Of a stretch of DNA of 32,000 nucleotides, positions 21,292 through 29,337 are shown piece after piece. The DNA is from Nitrosomonas europaea. GTDB lineage: Bacteria; Pseudomonadota; Gammaproteobacteria; Burkholderiales; Nitrosomonadaceae. Within the stretch, counting starts at the first letter, position 1. Each line of letters begins with the position of its first letter. The position numbers were made by a program, and so were the translations under genes. Below the pieces are notes generated by a model, which worked only from the letters and a program-made list of their open reading frames with translations, was not told the DNA's origin and searched no databases. The stretch lies in NCBI RefSeq assembly GCF_900167395.1, contig NZ_FUWK01000001.1, positions 120,001 through 152,000 on the forward strand. The letters are read 5' to 3'.

Positions 21292-22787
21292 GTTGTGGAT
21301 TCAGAACTGTTGATGGGCAAAGTCAGTCGAAAATGGGCGCCGCGTTTTCCGGTATTCCGGATGAGTTCGATATTTCCCCCATGGGCGATGGCATACTCTT
21401 TTGCGATGGCCAGGCCCAGACCGGTGCCCCTGACATGGCTCTCGGGTGTGTTGTGCCCCTGGTAAAACGGCTCGAATATCCGGCTGCCATCACTATCATC
21501 AACGCCCGGGCCGGAATCTGTCATATCGATCTGCGCCCTGTTTTCATGATATGAAGCCGTTATTTCAATAAGGCCGCCAACCGGGGAGAATTTGACAGCA
21601 TTGGAAAGTAGATTATCGAGAATGATATCCAGTTTCTGTTTGTCACATTCCAGAGACAATTCCGGGCAATTCAGGCTGATTTTAAGGTTTTTACTCAGAA
21701 TGGAAAGATTTTGTGCCTGTATCGCGCTATTTATTATTTTTTCCAGCTTGACGGACTGTTTGACGAGCGTGATGATCTCAGCCTGCAGGGCACTGAAATT
21801 CAGCAGATCTTCGATGCGTTTCTGCAATTGCATGCTGCTGGTATGAAGAATCCCGGCGATGAGTTGCTGTTTACGGTTGAGATTACCCGTAATCCCTTCG
21901 GCCAGCAGATCGGCACCTTCGCGAATGGCAGTCAGGGGTGTTTTCAGTTCATGTGAAATATGACGAAAAAACTGCATTTTCTGGTCTTCCAGCTTGAGCA
22001 GGCGCTGTCGCAGCCAATCCAGGCGCTCACCAATATAAACCAGGTTTTGTGGCCCGTTGACTTGAATGGGACGGGAAAGCCTGCCTCGGCCCATTTGCGC
22101 AATCGCTTCATCAATCTGACGGATGGGACGAGCAATGAATACGGAAAAAGCCAGCGCGAGAAAAATAACCAGCGGAACCAGAATCAGCAATTCCCATTCG
22201 ACCAGCGAACGAGTCTGTGTGGCAATTTCACTCATGCTGCCCACGTTTTCCCCGATCATCCGGAAGCTGTTGGTTGAAAATTCCTGGGCAAGTGTAAGCA
22301 ACCCGGCAAAACGCTCGAGCAGGTACTGCAGCTCCTGCGGGTACTCATTCAGATTCAATATCTCCTTAAAAAGACTGGTTTCGAGCAAACGCAGTTTTTC
22401 CAGCGGCAGCCGTTGCTCCGGGTAAAGGGAAATAACGGAAAGGTGATTGGTAATGTTTTCGAATTTGGTGTGTGCGAGAAAATAGCCTTCCAGCAGGGAA
22501 GCATCATCCAGTACCAGCGCATGTTGTACACTGCGTTGCATCGCCATGATTTCACCGATGATGACGCTGGTACCATTGGTAATCTGTGTCGCCTGGTAAA
22601 CGTTGTGCCGGCTTTGTTCGGATAACTGGTCGATACGTACCGCACTGTATACCAGCGCACCAATCAGCGGCAGGCCGACAATTGAAAATCCGATCAGGAT
22701 CAAAGCCAGAAATGATTTTGGTTTATATCCGGATCCGGTCTTCCGGCGTGTCTGCTCGGGAGATACAGCATCTGTAGAAATTTTCAT
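21288..22787 (-). CDS. Membrane sensor histidine kinase (QseE/GlrK-like)
   Basis: Two TM segments (about aa 26-49 and 198-219) flank a periplasmic domain of about 145 aa. These are followed by a HAMP domain, the H-box FFRHISHELKTPLTAIREG, the N-box DNLLSNAVKFSP, and G-boxes DSGPGV and GTGLGLAIAKE. Confidence 0.9.
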   Translation of the reverse strand: MKISTDAVSPEQTRRKTGSGYKPKSFLALILIGFSIVGLPLIGALVYSAVRIDQLSEQSRHNVYQATQITNGTSVIIGEIMAMQRSVQHALVLDDASLLEGYFLAHTKFENITNHLSVISLYPEQRLPLEKLRLLETSLFKEILNLNEYPQELQYLLERFAGLLTLAQEFSTNSFRMIGENVGSMSEIATQTRSLVEWELLILVPLVIFLALAFSVFIARPIRQIDEAIAQMGRGRLSRPIQVNGPQNLVYIGERLDWLRQRLLKLEDQKMQFFRHISHELKTPLTAIREGADLLAEGITGNLNRKQQLIAGILHTSSMQLQKRIEDLLNFSALQAEIITLVKQSVKLEKIINSAIQAQNLSILSKNLKISLNCPELSLECDKQKLDIILDNLLSNAVKFSPVGGLIEITASYHENRAQIDMTDSGPGVDDSDGSRIFEPFYQGHNTPESHVRGTGLGLAIAKEYAIAHGGNIELIRNTGKRGAHFRLTLPINSSESTT

Positions 22788-22839
22788 AGTGCAGGTTTAC
22801 CTTTCATGCAACCTGGGTGACAATACTTGGGTAGAAAGA

Positions 22840-22879
22840 CTCAGGCTGTTTTTTCATATTTTTCTCTGGCTGTTTTTCC
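22840..22879 (+). repeat. Imperfect 16-bp direct repeat in the kinase/trpG divergent intergenic region
   Basis: CTCAGGCTGTTTTTTC (22840-22855) and CTCTGGCTGTTTTTCC (22864-22879) share 14 of 16 positions. Their starts are 24 bp apart. Confidence 0.6.
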
Positions 22880-22907
22880 TGGGCGCCAAACAACGATTTT
22901 ACCTCCC

Positions 22908-23507
22908 ATGTTGCTGATGATTGATAATTACGATTCCTTTACCTATAACCTGGTGCAATATCTGGGTGAACTGGGTGAAGAAGTCATGGTCGTTCGAAAT
23001 GATGAAATTACACTGGAGGCAGTTCAGCAGTTGAATCCTGCCAGTGTCGTCATTTCACCGGGCCCGTGCACCCCGGATGAAGCGGGTATTTCCGTGGAGC
23101 TGATCAACCGGTTCAGTGGAAAAATTCCCATACTGGGTGTGTGCCTCGGTCACCAGAGTATCGGCCAGGCTTTTGGGGGGCGGATCGTACGCGCCGGAAA
23201 AGTCATGCACGGGAAAACATCACTGGTTTTTCACGACGGTAAAGGCGTTTTTCAGGGAATGCCCGATCCCTTCGTGGCAACCCGCTATCATTCACTCGTC
23301 ATTGAACGGTCAAGTATACCTGATTGCCTTGAAATCTCTGCCTGGACCGAAGATGGCGAGATCATGGGCGTACGACATCGCGCACTACCGGTCGAGGGTG
23401 TGCAATTCCATCCTGAATCGGTATTGAGTGAACATGGCCACCTGTTGCTTGATAATTTCCTTCACGGCAACTCTGTTCAAAAGCATTCTTCAATGTGTGA
23501 AGCGTGA
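22908..23507 (+). CDS. trpG: Anthranilate synthase component II / aminodeoxychorismate synthase glutamine amidotransferase
   Basis: It begins [21 protein letters not shown]. The catalytic Cys lies in [10 protein letters not shown] and the His-Glu in VQFHPES. The track start TTG 22827 adds 27 unsupported residues. The stop overlaps the trpD GTG start within GTGA. Confidence 0.92.
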   Translation: MLLMIDNYDSFTYNLVQYLGELGEEVMVVRNDEITLEAVQQLNPASVVISPGPCTPDEAGISVELINRFSGKIPILGVCLGHQSIGQAFGGRIVRAGKVMHGKTSLVFHDGKGVFQGMPDPFVATRYHSLVIERSSIPDCLEISAWTEDGEIMGVRHRALPVEGVQFHPESVLSEHGHLLLDNFLHGNSVQKHSSMCEA

Positions 23508-24529
23508 ATCCGCAGGCAATCCTCGCTCGAATTCTCGAGCAGCATGAAATTCCTTATGAGGAAATGATTGAGCTGATGCGCGCAATCATGTCGGGCAATG
23601 TATCGCCGGTCATGACGGCCGCTCTGGTCACCGGGTTGCGCATAAAGCGCGAGAGCATCGGTGAAATCAGTGCAGCCGCTCAGGTCATGCGTGAGCTGGC
23701 AGTGCGTATTGAAGTGCCTGATGCGAGCCATCTGGTCGATACGTGCGGGACCGGCGGGGATGGATGCAATACTTTCAATATTTCAACTACTTCCGCTTTC
23801 GTGGCCGCCGCTGCGGGCGCACAAGTAGCCAAACACGGCGGGCGTTCCGTGTCAGGCAAGGTTGGCAGCGCAGACGTGCTGGAAGCCATTGGTATCAATC
23901 TCGACCAGACACCAGACCAGATTGCCCGCTCCATTACCGAAGTGGGTATCGGTTTTATGTTTGCCCCCAATTTTCATCATGCCATGAAACATGCCGCCCC
24001 CGTTCGGCGGGAGCTGGGCGTGCGCACGGTCTTCAACATCCTGGGACCACTGACCAATCCTGCCGGCGCCAGCAACCAGTTACTCGGTGTATACCATGCC
24101 GATCTGACCGGTGTACTGGCGCAGGTACTGCTGCGGCTGGGAAGCCGGCACGCCATGATCGTGCATGGTAGCGACGGACTGGACGAAATCACCCTGTCCG
24201 GTCCAACCAAAATCGCAGAGCTCAACGCGGGTGAAGTGCGGGAATATAGCGTGCAGCCGGAAGATTTCGGACTGGAACGCGCCGCCCTTACCTCTCTGCA
24301 GGTGAACAGCACGGAAGATGCTCAGGCAATGCTTCTGTCCGTGCTGGATAACCACCCGGGGCCCGCCAGAGACATCGTTCTGCTCAATGCGGGCGCAGCA
24401 ATTTATGTCGCCGGAAAAGCAGATTCCTGGGCTCGCGGGGTTGAAACGGCCCGCGACATGCTGGCCAGCGGTGCTGCAAAACAGAAAATGCAGGCATTGG
24501 TTGAATTCTCCAATCAGGTAAGTGCTTAA
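23504..24529 (+). CDS. trpD: Anthranilate phosphoribosyltransferase
   Basis: The 341-aa ORF carries [35 protein letters not shown] and [11 protein letters not shown]. The GTG start overlaps the trpG stop. Confidence 0.95.
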   Translation: MNPQAILARILEQHEIPYEEMIELMRAIMSGNVSPVMTAALVTGLRIKRESIGEISAAAQVMRELAVRIEVPDASHLVDTCGTGGDGCNTFNISTTSAFVAAAAGAQVAKHGGRSVSGKVGSADVLEAIGINLDQTPDQIARSITEVGIGFMFAPNFHHAMKHAAPVRRELGVRTVFNILGPLTNPAGASNQLLGVYHADLTGVLAQVLLRLGSRHAMIVHGSDGLDEITLSGPTKIAELNAGEVREYSVQPEDFGLERAALTSLQVNSTEDAQAMLLSVLDNHPGPARDIVLLNAGAAIYVAGKADSWARGVETARDMLASGAAKQKMQALVEFSNQVSA

Positions 24530-24530
24530 T

Positions 24531-25451
24531 ATGTCAGACATTCTCGATCGCATCCTTGCCGTGAAAAAACAGGAGGTCGCGGCCGCCCGGGCACGAAAAT
24601 CCCTGGAAGGAATCCGTAAGCAGGCAGAAGAAATGCCTGCTCCGCGTGATTTTCTCCAGGCGATACGCGGCCGGATCAGTCAGCATCGTGCCGCTGTAAT
24701 TGCAGAGATCAAACGGGCCAGCCCAAGCAAGGGTGTATTACGCGGGCGATCAGAAGCACCCAATCCGCAGGGATCAGGGCATGCGGAAAACTCATCCGGG
24801 AAAAATCTGATTCCGCAAGATTTCATCCCGGCAGAAATTGCGGCCAGTTATGCCCGAAATGGTGCTGCCTGCCTGTCAGTCCTGACAGATGAACAGTTTT
24901 TCATGGGCAGTGCCGATTTCTTGCGGCAAGCACGTGCTGCTTGTGATTTACCGGTATTGCGCAAGGATTTCATACTGGACGAATATCAGGTCTACGAAGC
25001 ACGCGCGATGGGAGCGGATTGCATACTGTTGATCGTCGCAGCATTTCTTTCACCGGTTTTCCAGCAGGATGCCTCTGTCAATCAGGGCGACAGTGCACTC
25101 GAACGGATGCGCATATTGGAAACCACGGCACAAGCACTGGGAATGGCCATACTGGTAGAAGTACACGATGCAGATGAGCTCGATCTCGCGCTGCAATTGA
25201 CTACTCCGCTCATCGGGATCAACAACCGCAACCTGCGAACTTTCGAGACTACGCTGGATACCACCGTTCAATTGGTCAGACGCATACCATCCGAACGCAT
25301 CGTCGTCACCGAAAGCGGTATCCGTATCCCTGCCGATGTGGAAATGATGCTATCTCATCATATTTACGCTTTTCTGATCGGGGAAACATTCATGCGGGCA
25401 CCGGATCCGGGCGCCGCACTGGCAAGCCTGTTTACGACAAACCTGACGTAA
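24531..25451 (+). CDS. trpC: Indole-3-glycerol phosphate synthase (with two apparent insertions)
   Basis: Motifs present are [56 protein letters not shown] and ESGI. ATG 24531 lies 1 nt after the trpD stop, whereas the track start 24522 overlaps trpD. Confidence 0.93.
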   Translation: MSDILDRILAVKKQEVAAARARKSLEGIRKQAEEMPAPRDFLQAIRGRISQHRAAVIAEIKRASPSKGVLRGRSEAPNPQGSGHAENSSGKNLIPQDFIPAEIAASYARNGAACLSVLTDEQFFMGSADFLRQARAACDLPVLRKDFILDEYQVYEARAMGADCILLIVAAFLSPVFQQDASVNQGDSALERMRILETTAQALGMAILVEVHDADELDLALQLTTPLIGINNRNLRTFETTLDTTVQLVRRIPSERIVVTESGIRIPADVEMMLSHHIYAFLIGETFMRAPDPGAALASLFTTNLT

Positions 25452-25534
25452 GCTGCGCTGCACCATCAGTCGGGTAACTATCTCCCCGACCACGATATAA
25501 CAATAATGCTTCAATCAACCAAAAGGAGACCTTT

Positions 25535-26131
25535 ATGAACTTCAGGAAACAACTGACAGGCGGTTTGAGCAGCCTGATTCTTTCAGCAGTCATGTCCGGC
25601 AGCCTGCTGGCAGCAGGTGTGGCAGAGTTTAACGACAAGGGAGAACTGCTGCTGCCGAAAAATTACCGTGAATGGGTGATGGTCGGTACCCAGGTAACAC
25701 CTAACGAATTGAACGATGGCAAAGCACCCTTCACCGAAATCAGAACAGTCTATGTCGACCCGGAAAGCTATGCTCACTGGAAAAAAACCGGTGAATTCAG
25801 AGATGGGACGGTAACTGTAAAAGAACTGGTCAGCGTCGGTGACCGTAAAGGCCCAGGCAGTGGAAACGGCTACTTCATGGGTGACTATATCGGGCTCGAG
25901 GCATCGGTCAAGGATTCACAACGCTTTGCAAACGAGCCGGGAAACTGGGCTTTTTATATTTTCTATGTTCCTGACACGCCGCTGGTTGCTGCAGCCAAAA
26001 ATCTGCCCACAGCGGAATGTGCTGCCTGCCACAAGGAAAATGCGAAGACAGACATGGTCTTCACACAATTTTATCCTGTGTTACGTGCCGCCAAAGCAAC
26101 CGGTGAATCCGGTGTAGTCGCGCCCAAGTAA
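25535..26131 (+). CDS. cyp: Cytochrome P460 (hydroxylamine-oxidising haem protein with a Lys-haem cross-link)
   Basis: The signal peptide MNFRKQLTGGLSSLILSAVMSGSLLA is followed by a mature sequence starting AGVAEFNDKGELLLPKNYREW. A single C-terminal haem motif CAACH lies at 26018-26032. The Lys in TVTVKEL (codon 25820-25822) is at mature position 70. AAGGAGA lies 7 nt upstream of the ATG. From memory it matches the N. europaea P460 protein. Confidence 0.93.
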   Translation: MNFRKQLTGGLSSLILSAVMSGSLLAAGVAEFNDKGELLLPKNYREWVMVGTQVTPNELNDGKAPFTEIRTVYVDPESYAHWKKTGEFRDGTVTVKELVSVGDRKGPGSGNGYFMGDYIGLEASVKDSQRFANEPGNWAFYIFYVPDTPLVAAAKNLPTAECAACHKENAKTDMVFTQFYPVLRAAKATGESGVVAPK

Positions 26132-26157
26132 ATAACAGATACAAATTTGGCAAGCAG

Positions 26158-26216
26158 CAGGAGTATTGCGGTAACCCGATAGTTGCGTTACCGCAGCGAA
26201 ATACTCCTGTTTTTTC
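26158..26216 (+). terminator. Intrinsic terminator downstream of the cytochrome P460 gene
   Basis: The compound stem is CAGGAGTATT-GCGGTAAC-(11 nt loop)-GTTACCGC-agcga-AATACTCCTG, followed by TTTTTT. It begins 27 nt after the stop codon. Confidence 0.85.
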
Positions 26217-26274
26217 TCCCTCGTTTTCCCCGCAGCTACGGCCAGTTACAGCCTGGTGATAAAATGCTGGCACT

Positions 26275-28038
26275 ATGGCCAACATTACCATCCGCGAATT
26301 TCCTGCTCACGCATACGAAATACTCAGTGCACATGGTTTTCCGTCCGTACTTGCACGCATTTTTGCAGCGCGCGGAATAAATCATCCTGAACAACTCGAA
26401 ACGACATTTGCCCGTATGGCATCGTTCGAGCAATTAAAGAACATCCAACGGATCGCCGTGTTACTGGCCGATGCCATTGCCGCGAAAAAACGTTTGCTCG
26501 TCATCGCTGATTACGACACTGACGGCGCCACTGCTTGTGCCGTTGCCCTGCGCGCGTTACGCCAGTTTGGTGCCATGGTGGAATACCTCGTACCTAACCG
26601 TTTTGAATACGGCTATGGATTGACGCCGGAAATCGTGCGCCTGGCAGCAGATCAGGTTCCTCCTCCCGATATTCTGATCACGGTGGATAATGGTATCGCC
26701 AGTGTGGAAGGCGTAGAGGAAGCCAACCGGCTGGGGATGCAGGTATTCATCACCGATCATCATTTGCCGGGTGACCGGCTGCCGGATGCAGCCGTCATCG
26801 TCAATCCCAACCAGCCGGGATGCAGCTTTCCCGATAAACATATTGCCGGAGTCGGCGTGATCTTTTATGTCATGCTGGCGTTGCGAGCGGAATTACGTGA
26901 ACGAAGCGCTTTCACAGCGACCGGCAAAGAACCCAATCTCGCCAGTCTGCTCGATCTGGTCGCATTGGGTACCGTTGCCGATGTAGTCAGGCTGGAGGGA
27001 ACCAACCGTATCCTGGTGCAGCAGGGGTTGCAGCGTATCCGCAACGGTTACTGCTGTGCCGGTATTCATGCCTTATTCAAAGCCGCCGGACGGGATTTCA
27101 GCCGCGTCACCACGTATGAACTGGGATTTATTCTTGCGCCCAGATTGAATGCTGCCGGGCGACTGGATGATATGTCACTGGGAATCGAATGTCTGCTGAC
27201 CGAGGATGAATCCCATGCCCTGCGCCTGGCCAGCGAGCTGGATGAACTGAACCGCCAACGACGTGAAATCGAGTCAGGCATGCGGGATGAAGCCATGGAT
27301 AAACTGGACGACGTGATCGATCTCCTGAACCAGTCCGATACGCCGGCAGATAACGGGAAACAATCCGTATACAGCCTGTGTCTGTACGATCCGGCCTGGC
27401 ATCAGGGAGTCATCGGCCTGATTGCTTCGCGCGTCAAGGACAGGCTGCACCGGCCGGTCATCATTTTTGCGCAAGGTAACGAGGGTGAAATCAAGGGCTC
27501 AGGTAGATCGATCCCTGGTTTGCATCTGCGTGATGCGCTGGATTTGGTCGCAAAACGTTACCCGGGATTGATCGTCAAATTTGGCGGCCATGCCATGGCT
27601 GCCGGTCTGACAGTGTACGAACAGCATTTCGAACAATTTCGTACCGCATTCGAGCAGGTAGCGCAATCATTGCTGACCCCTGCAGATCTGATACAGGTGA
27701 TCGAAACCGATGGTGAGCTGGCAGAAACAGACCTGACTCTGGAGCTGGCACAGTATCTGACGAATCAGGTCTGGGGGCAGGGATTCCCCGAACCAAGTTT
27801 CAATGGCTGTTTCCGGGTCGAAAATCAGCGTATCGTCGGGGAAAAACATCTGAAATTGAAACTGCGGAAAACCGGTGCTGCACAGGTGTACGATGGCATT
27901 CTGTTTTTTCATACCGAGCGGCTGCCCACTGAGATCGATGCCGTCTACCGGGTGCAGATAAACGAATACAACGGAAGCACCCGCATGCAATTATTATTGG
28001 AACACTGGTTTGAATCCGGCCAGGCACACTATGGATGA
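26275..28038 (+). CDS. recJ: Single-stranded-DNA-specific exonuclease RecJ
   Basis: The 587-aa ORF carries the DHH family motifs IADYDTDGATA, ITVDNGI and FITDHH. The DHHA1 motif GGHAMAAG is also present. The N-terminus is collinear with E. coli RecJ. Confidence 0.95.
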   Translation: MANITIREFPAHAYEILSAHGFPSVLARIFAARGINHPEQLETTFARMASFEQLKNIQRIAVLLADAIAAKKRLLVIADYDTDGATACAVALRALRQFGAMVEYLVPNRFEYGYGLTPEIVRLAADQVPPPDILITVDNGIASVEGVEEANRLGMQVFITDHHLPGDRLPDAAVIVNPNQPGCSFPDKHIAGVGVIFYVMLALRAELRERSAFTATGKEPNLASLLDLVALGTVADVVRLEGTNRILVQQGLQRIRNGYCCAGIHALFKAAGRDFSRVTTYELGFILAPRLNAAGRLDDMSLGIECLLTEDESHALRLASELDELNRQRREIESGMRDEAMDKLDDVIDLLNQSDTPADNGKQSVYSLCLYDPAWHQGVIGLIASRVKDRLHRPVIIFAQGNEGEIKGSGRSIPGLHLRDALDLVAKRYPGLIVKFGGHAMAAGLTVYEQHFEQFRTAFEQVAQSLLTPADLIQVIETDGELAETDLTLELAQYLTNQVWGQGFPEPSFNGCFRVENQRIVGEKHLKLKLRKTGAAQVYDGILFFHTERLPTEIDAVYRVQINEYNGSTRMQLLLEHWFESGQAHYG

Positions 28039-29311
28039 TCTGTTTCTTCTTGAACAGGAGCGGGGCTATCTGGCTCAATTTGCCACCAGCCTGGCAATCG
28101 GGTTGCTGATCGGCCTGGAGCGCGAACGCAGCCCGGCTGCCAAAGCAGGATTGCGTACTTTTGCGCTGGTCGCCATGTTTGGTACGCTGACCGCGATGCT
28201 ATCCCACAAGGCACAAACTCCCTGGTTGCTGATCAGTGGCTTATTACTGGTCGGAATCATGGTGATTGCCTCTTATCGGGATAAACGGGATTTGCCGGAA
28301 GATCCGGGCACCACCACGGTAACCGCAGTACTGATCTGCTACGGGCTGGGCGCGATGGTGTGGTATGAAGAATCGACGCTGGCTGTCATGCTGGCGATCA
28401 TCACAACCATCCTGCTTTATTTCAAAACCGAACTGCAGGGAATCACACAAAACCTGACTCGCAAGGATCTGATCTCGATACTGCAGTTTGCGGTACTCAG
28501 CTTTATCATCCTGCCGATTCTGCCCGACAGGAATTATGGTCCTTTCGATGCATTCAATCCTCATCAGATCTGGCTGATGATCGTGCTGATCTCGGGAGTC
28601 AGCCTGGTGGGCTACATTGCACTGCGTTTCATCGGCCAGCGTTACGGTGCAGTACTGCTGGGTGTATTGGGCGGACTGGTTTCCAGCACTGCCACCACGC
28701 TGGTATTCACACGCCGCAACGGGGATAGACCTGATATCACCAATCTGGCTGTTGTCGTGATTTTACTGGCCAATCTGGTCGTACTGGTCCGACTTGCTTT
28801 GATTACCGAAGTAATTTCACCTGTGATTTTTCCTTATCTCCTGCCGGTTCTGGGAGGTGGGCTTTTTCTGGGATTGATCACTTCGCTGTTCTGGTGGCGT
28901 GAATTCAGCCAGCAGCAGATCATTCCCATGCCGGATACGAAAAATCCGGCGGAGCTGACTACTGCCATGGGATTTGGCCTGCTTTATGCAGCGGTGCTGT
29001 TCCTCAGCGGGTGGCTGTCGGACATTGCCGGCAGCAGCGGGTTGTACGCCGTGGCGATCATTTCCGGACTGACCAACGTGGATGCGATCACGCTGAGCAG
29101 CCTGCGTTTGCATGGGCTGGGCAAGCTGGAAATCGTAGAAGTGGTTACCGCTATCACACTCGGGGTCATTGCCAATCTGATTTTCAAGCTGGGACTGATC
29201 TTTTTCACTGGTAACAACGTACTGGCCAGGCGATGCTTCCTGGGAACGGTAGCCATCATTATCGGTCTGGCGGGCGCACTTTCCACAGCGTCATATCTGT
29301 CCTATTTCTGA
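28031..29311 (+). CDS. MgtC/SapB family plus DUF4010 polytopic membrane protein
   Basis: The N-terminus LAIGLLIGLERE is typical of the MgtC/SapB domain. Many hydrophobic segments follow throughout the protein. I prefer ATG 28031, which overlaps the recJ stop by 8 nt, over the track start TTG 28010. Confidence 0.8.
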   Translation: MDDLFLLEQERGYLAQFATSLAIGLLIGLERERSPAAKAGLRTFALVAMFGTLTAMLSHKAQTPWLLISGLLLVGIMVIASYRDKRDLPEDPGTTTVTAVLICYGLGAMVWYEESTLAVMLAIITTILLYFKTELQGITQNLTRKDLISILQFAVLSFIILPILPDRNYGPFDAFNPHQIWLMIVLISGVSLVGYIALRFIGQRYGAVLLGVLGGLVSSTATTLVFTRRNGDRPDITNLAVVVILLANLVVLVRLALITEVISPVIFPYLLPVLGGGLFLGLITSLFWWREFSQQQIIPMPDTKNPAELTTAMGFGLLYAAVLFLSGWLSDIAGSSGLYAVAIISGLTNVDAITLSSLRLHGLGKLEIVEVVTAITLGVIANLIFKLGLIFFTGNNVLARRCFLGTVAIIIGLAGALSTASYLSYF

Positions 29312-29337
29312 ACAATTAACACTCTGTTCGCAAAATC

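Noticed and set aside
22806-22822. A sigma54-like element, TGTCAC-ccagg-TTGCAT, on the minus strand about 20 nt upstream of the kinase ATG.
   Set aside because: The spacing and the -12 TTGCAT are right, but the nearly invariant -24 GG dinucleotide is GT. I therefore do not call it a sigma54 promoter without experimental support.
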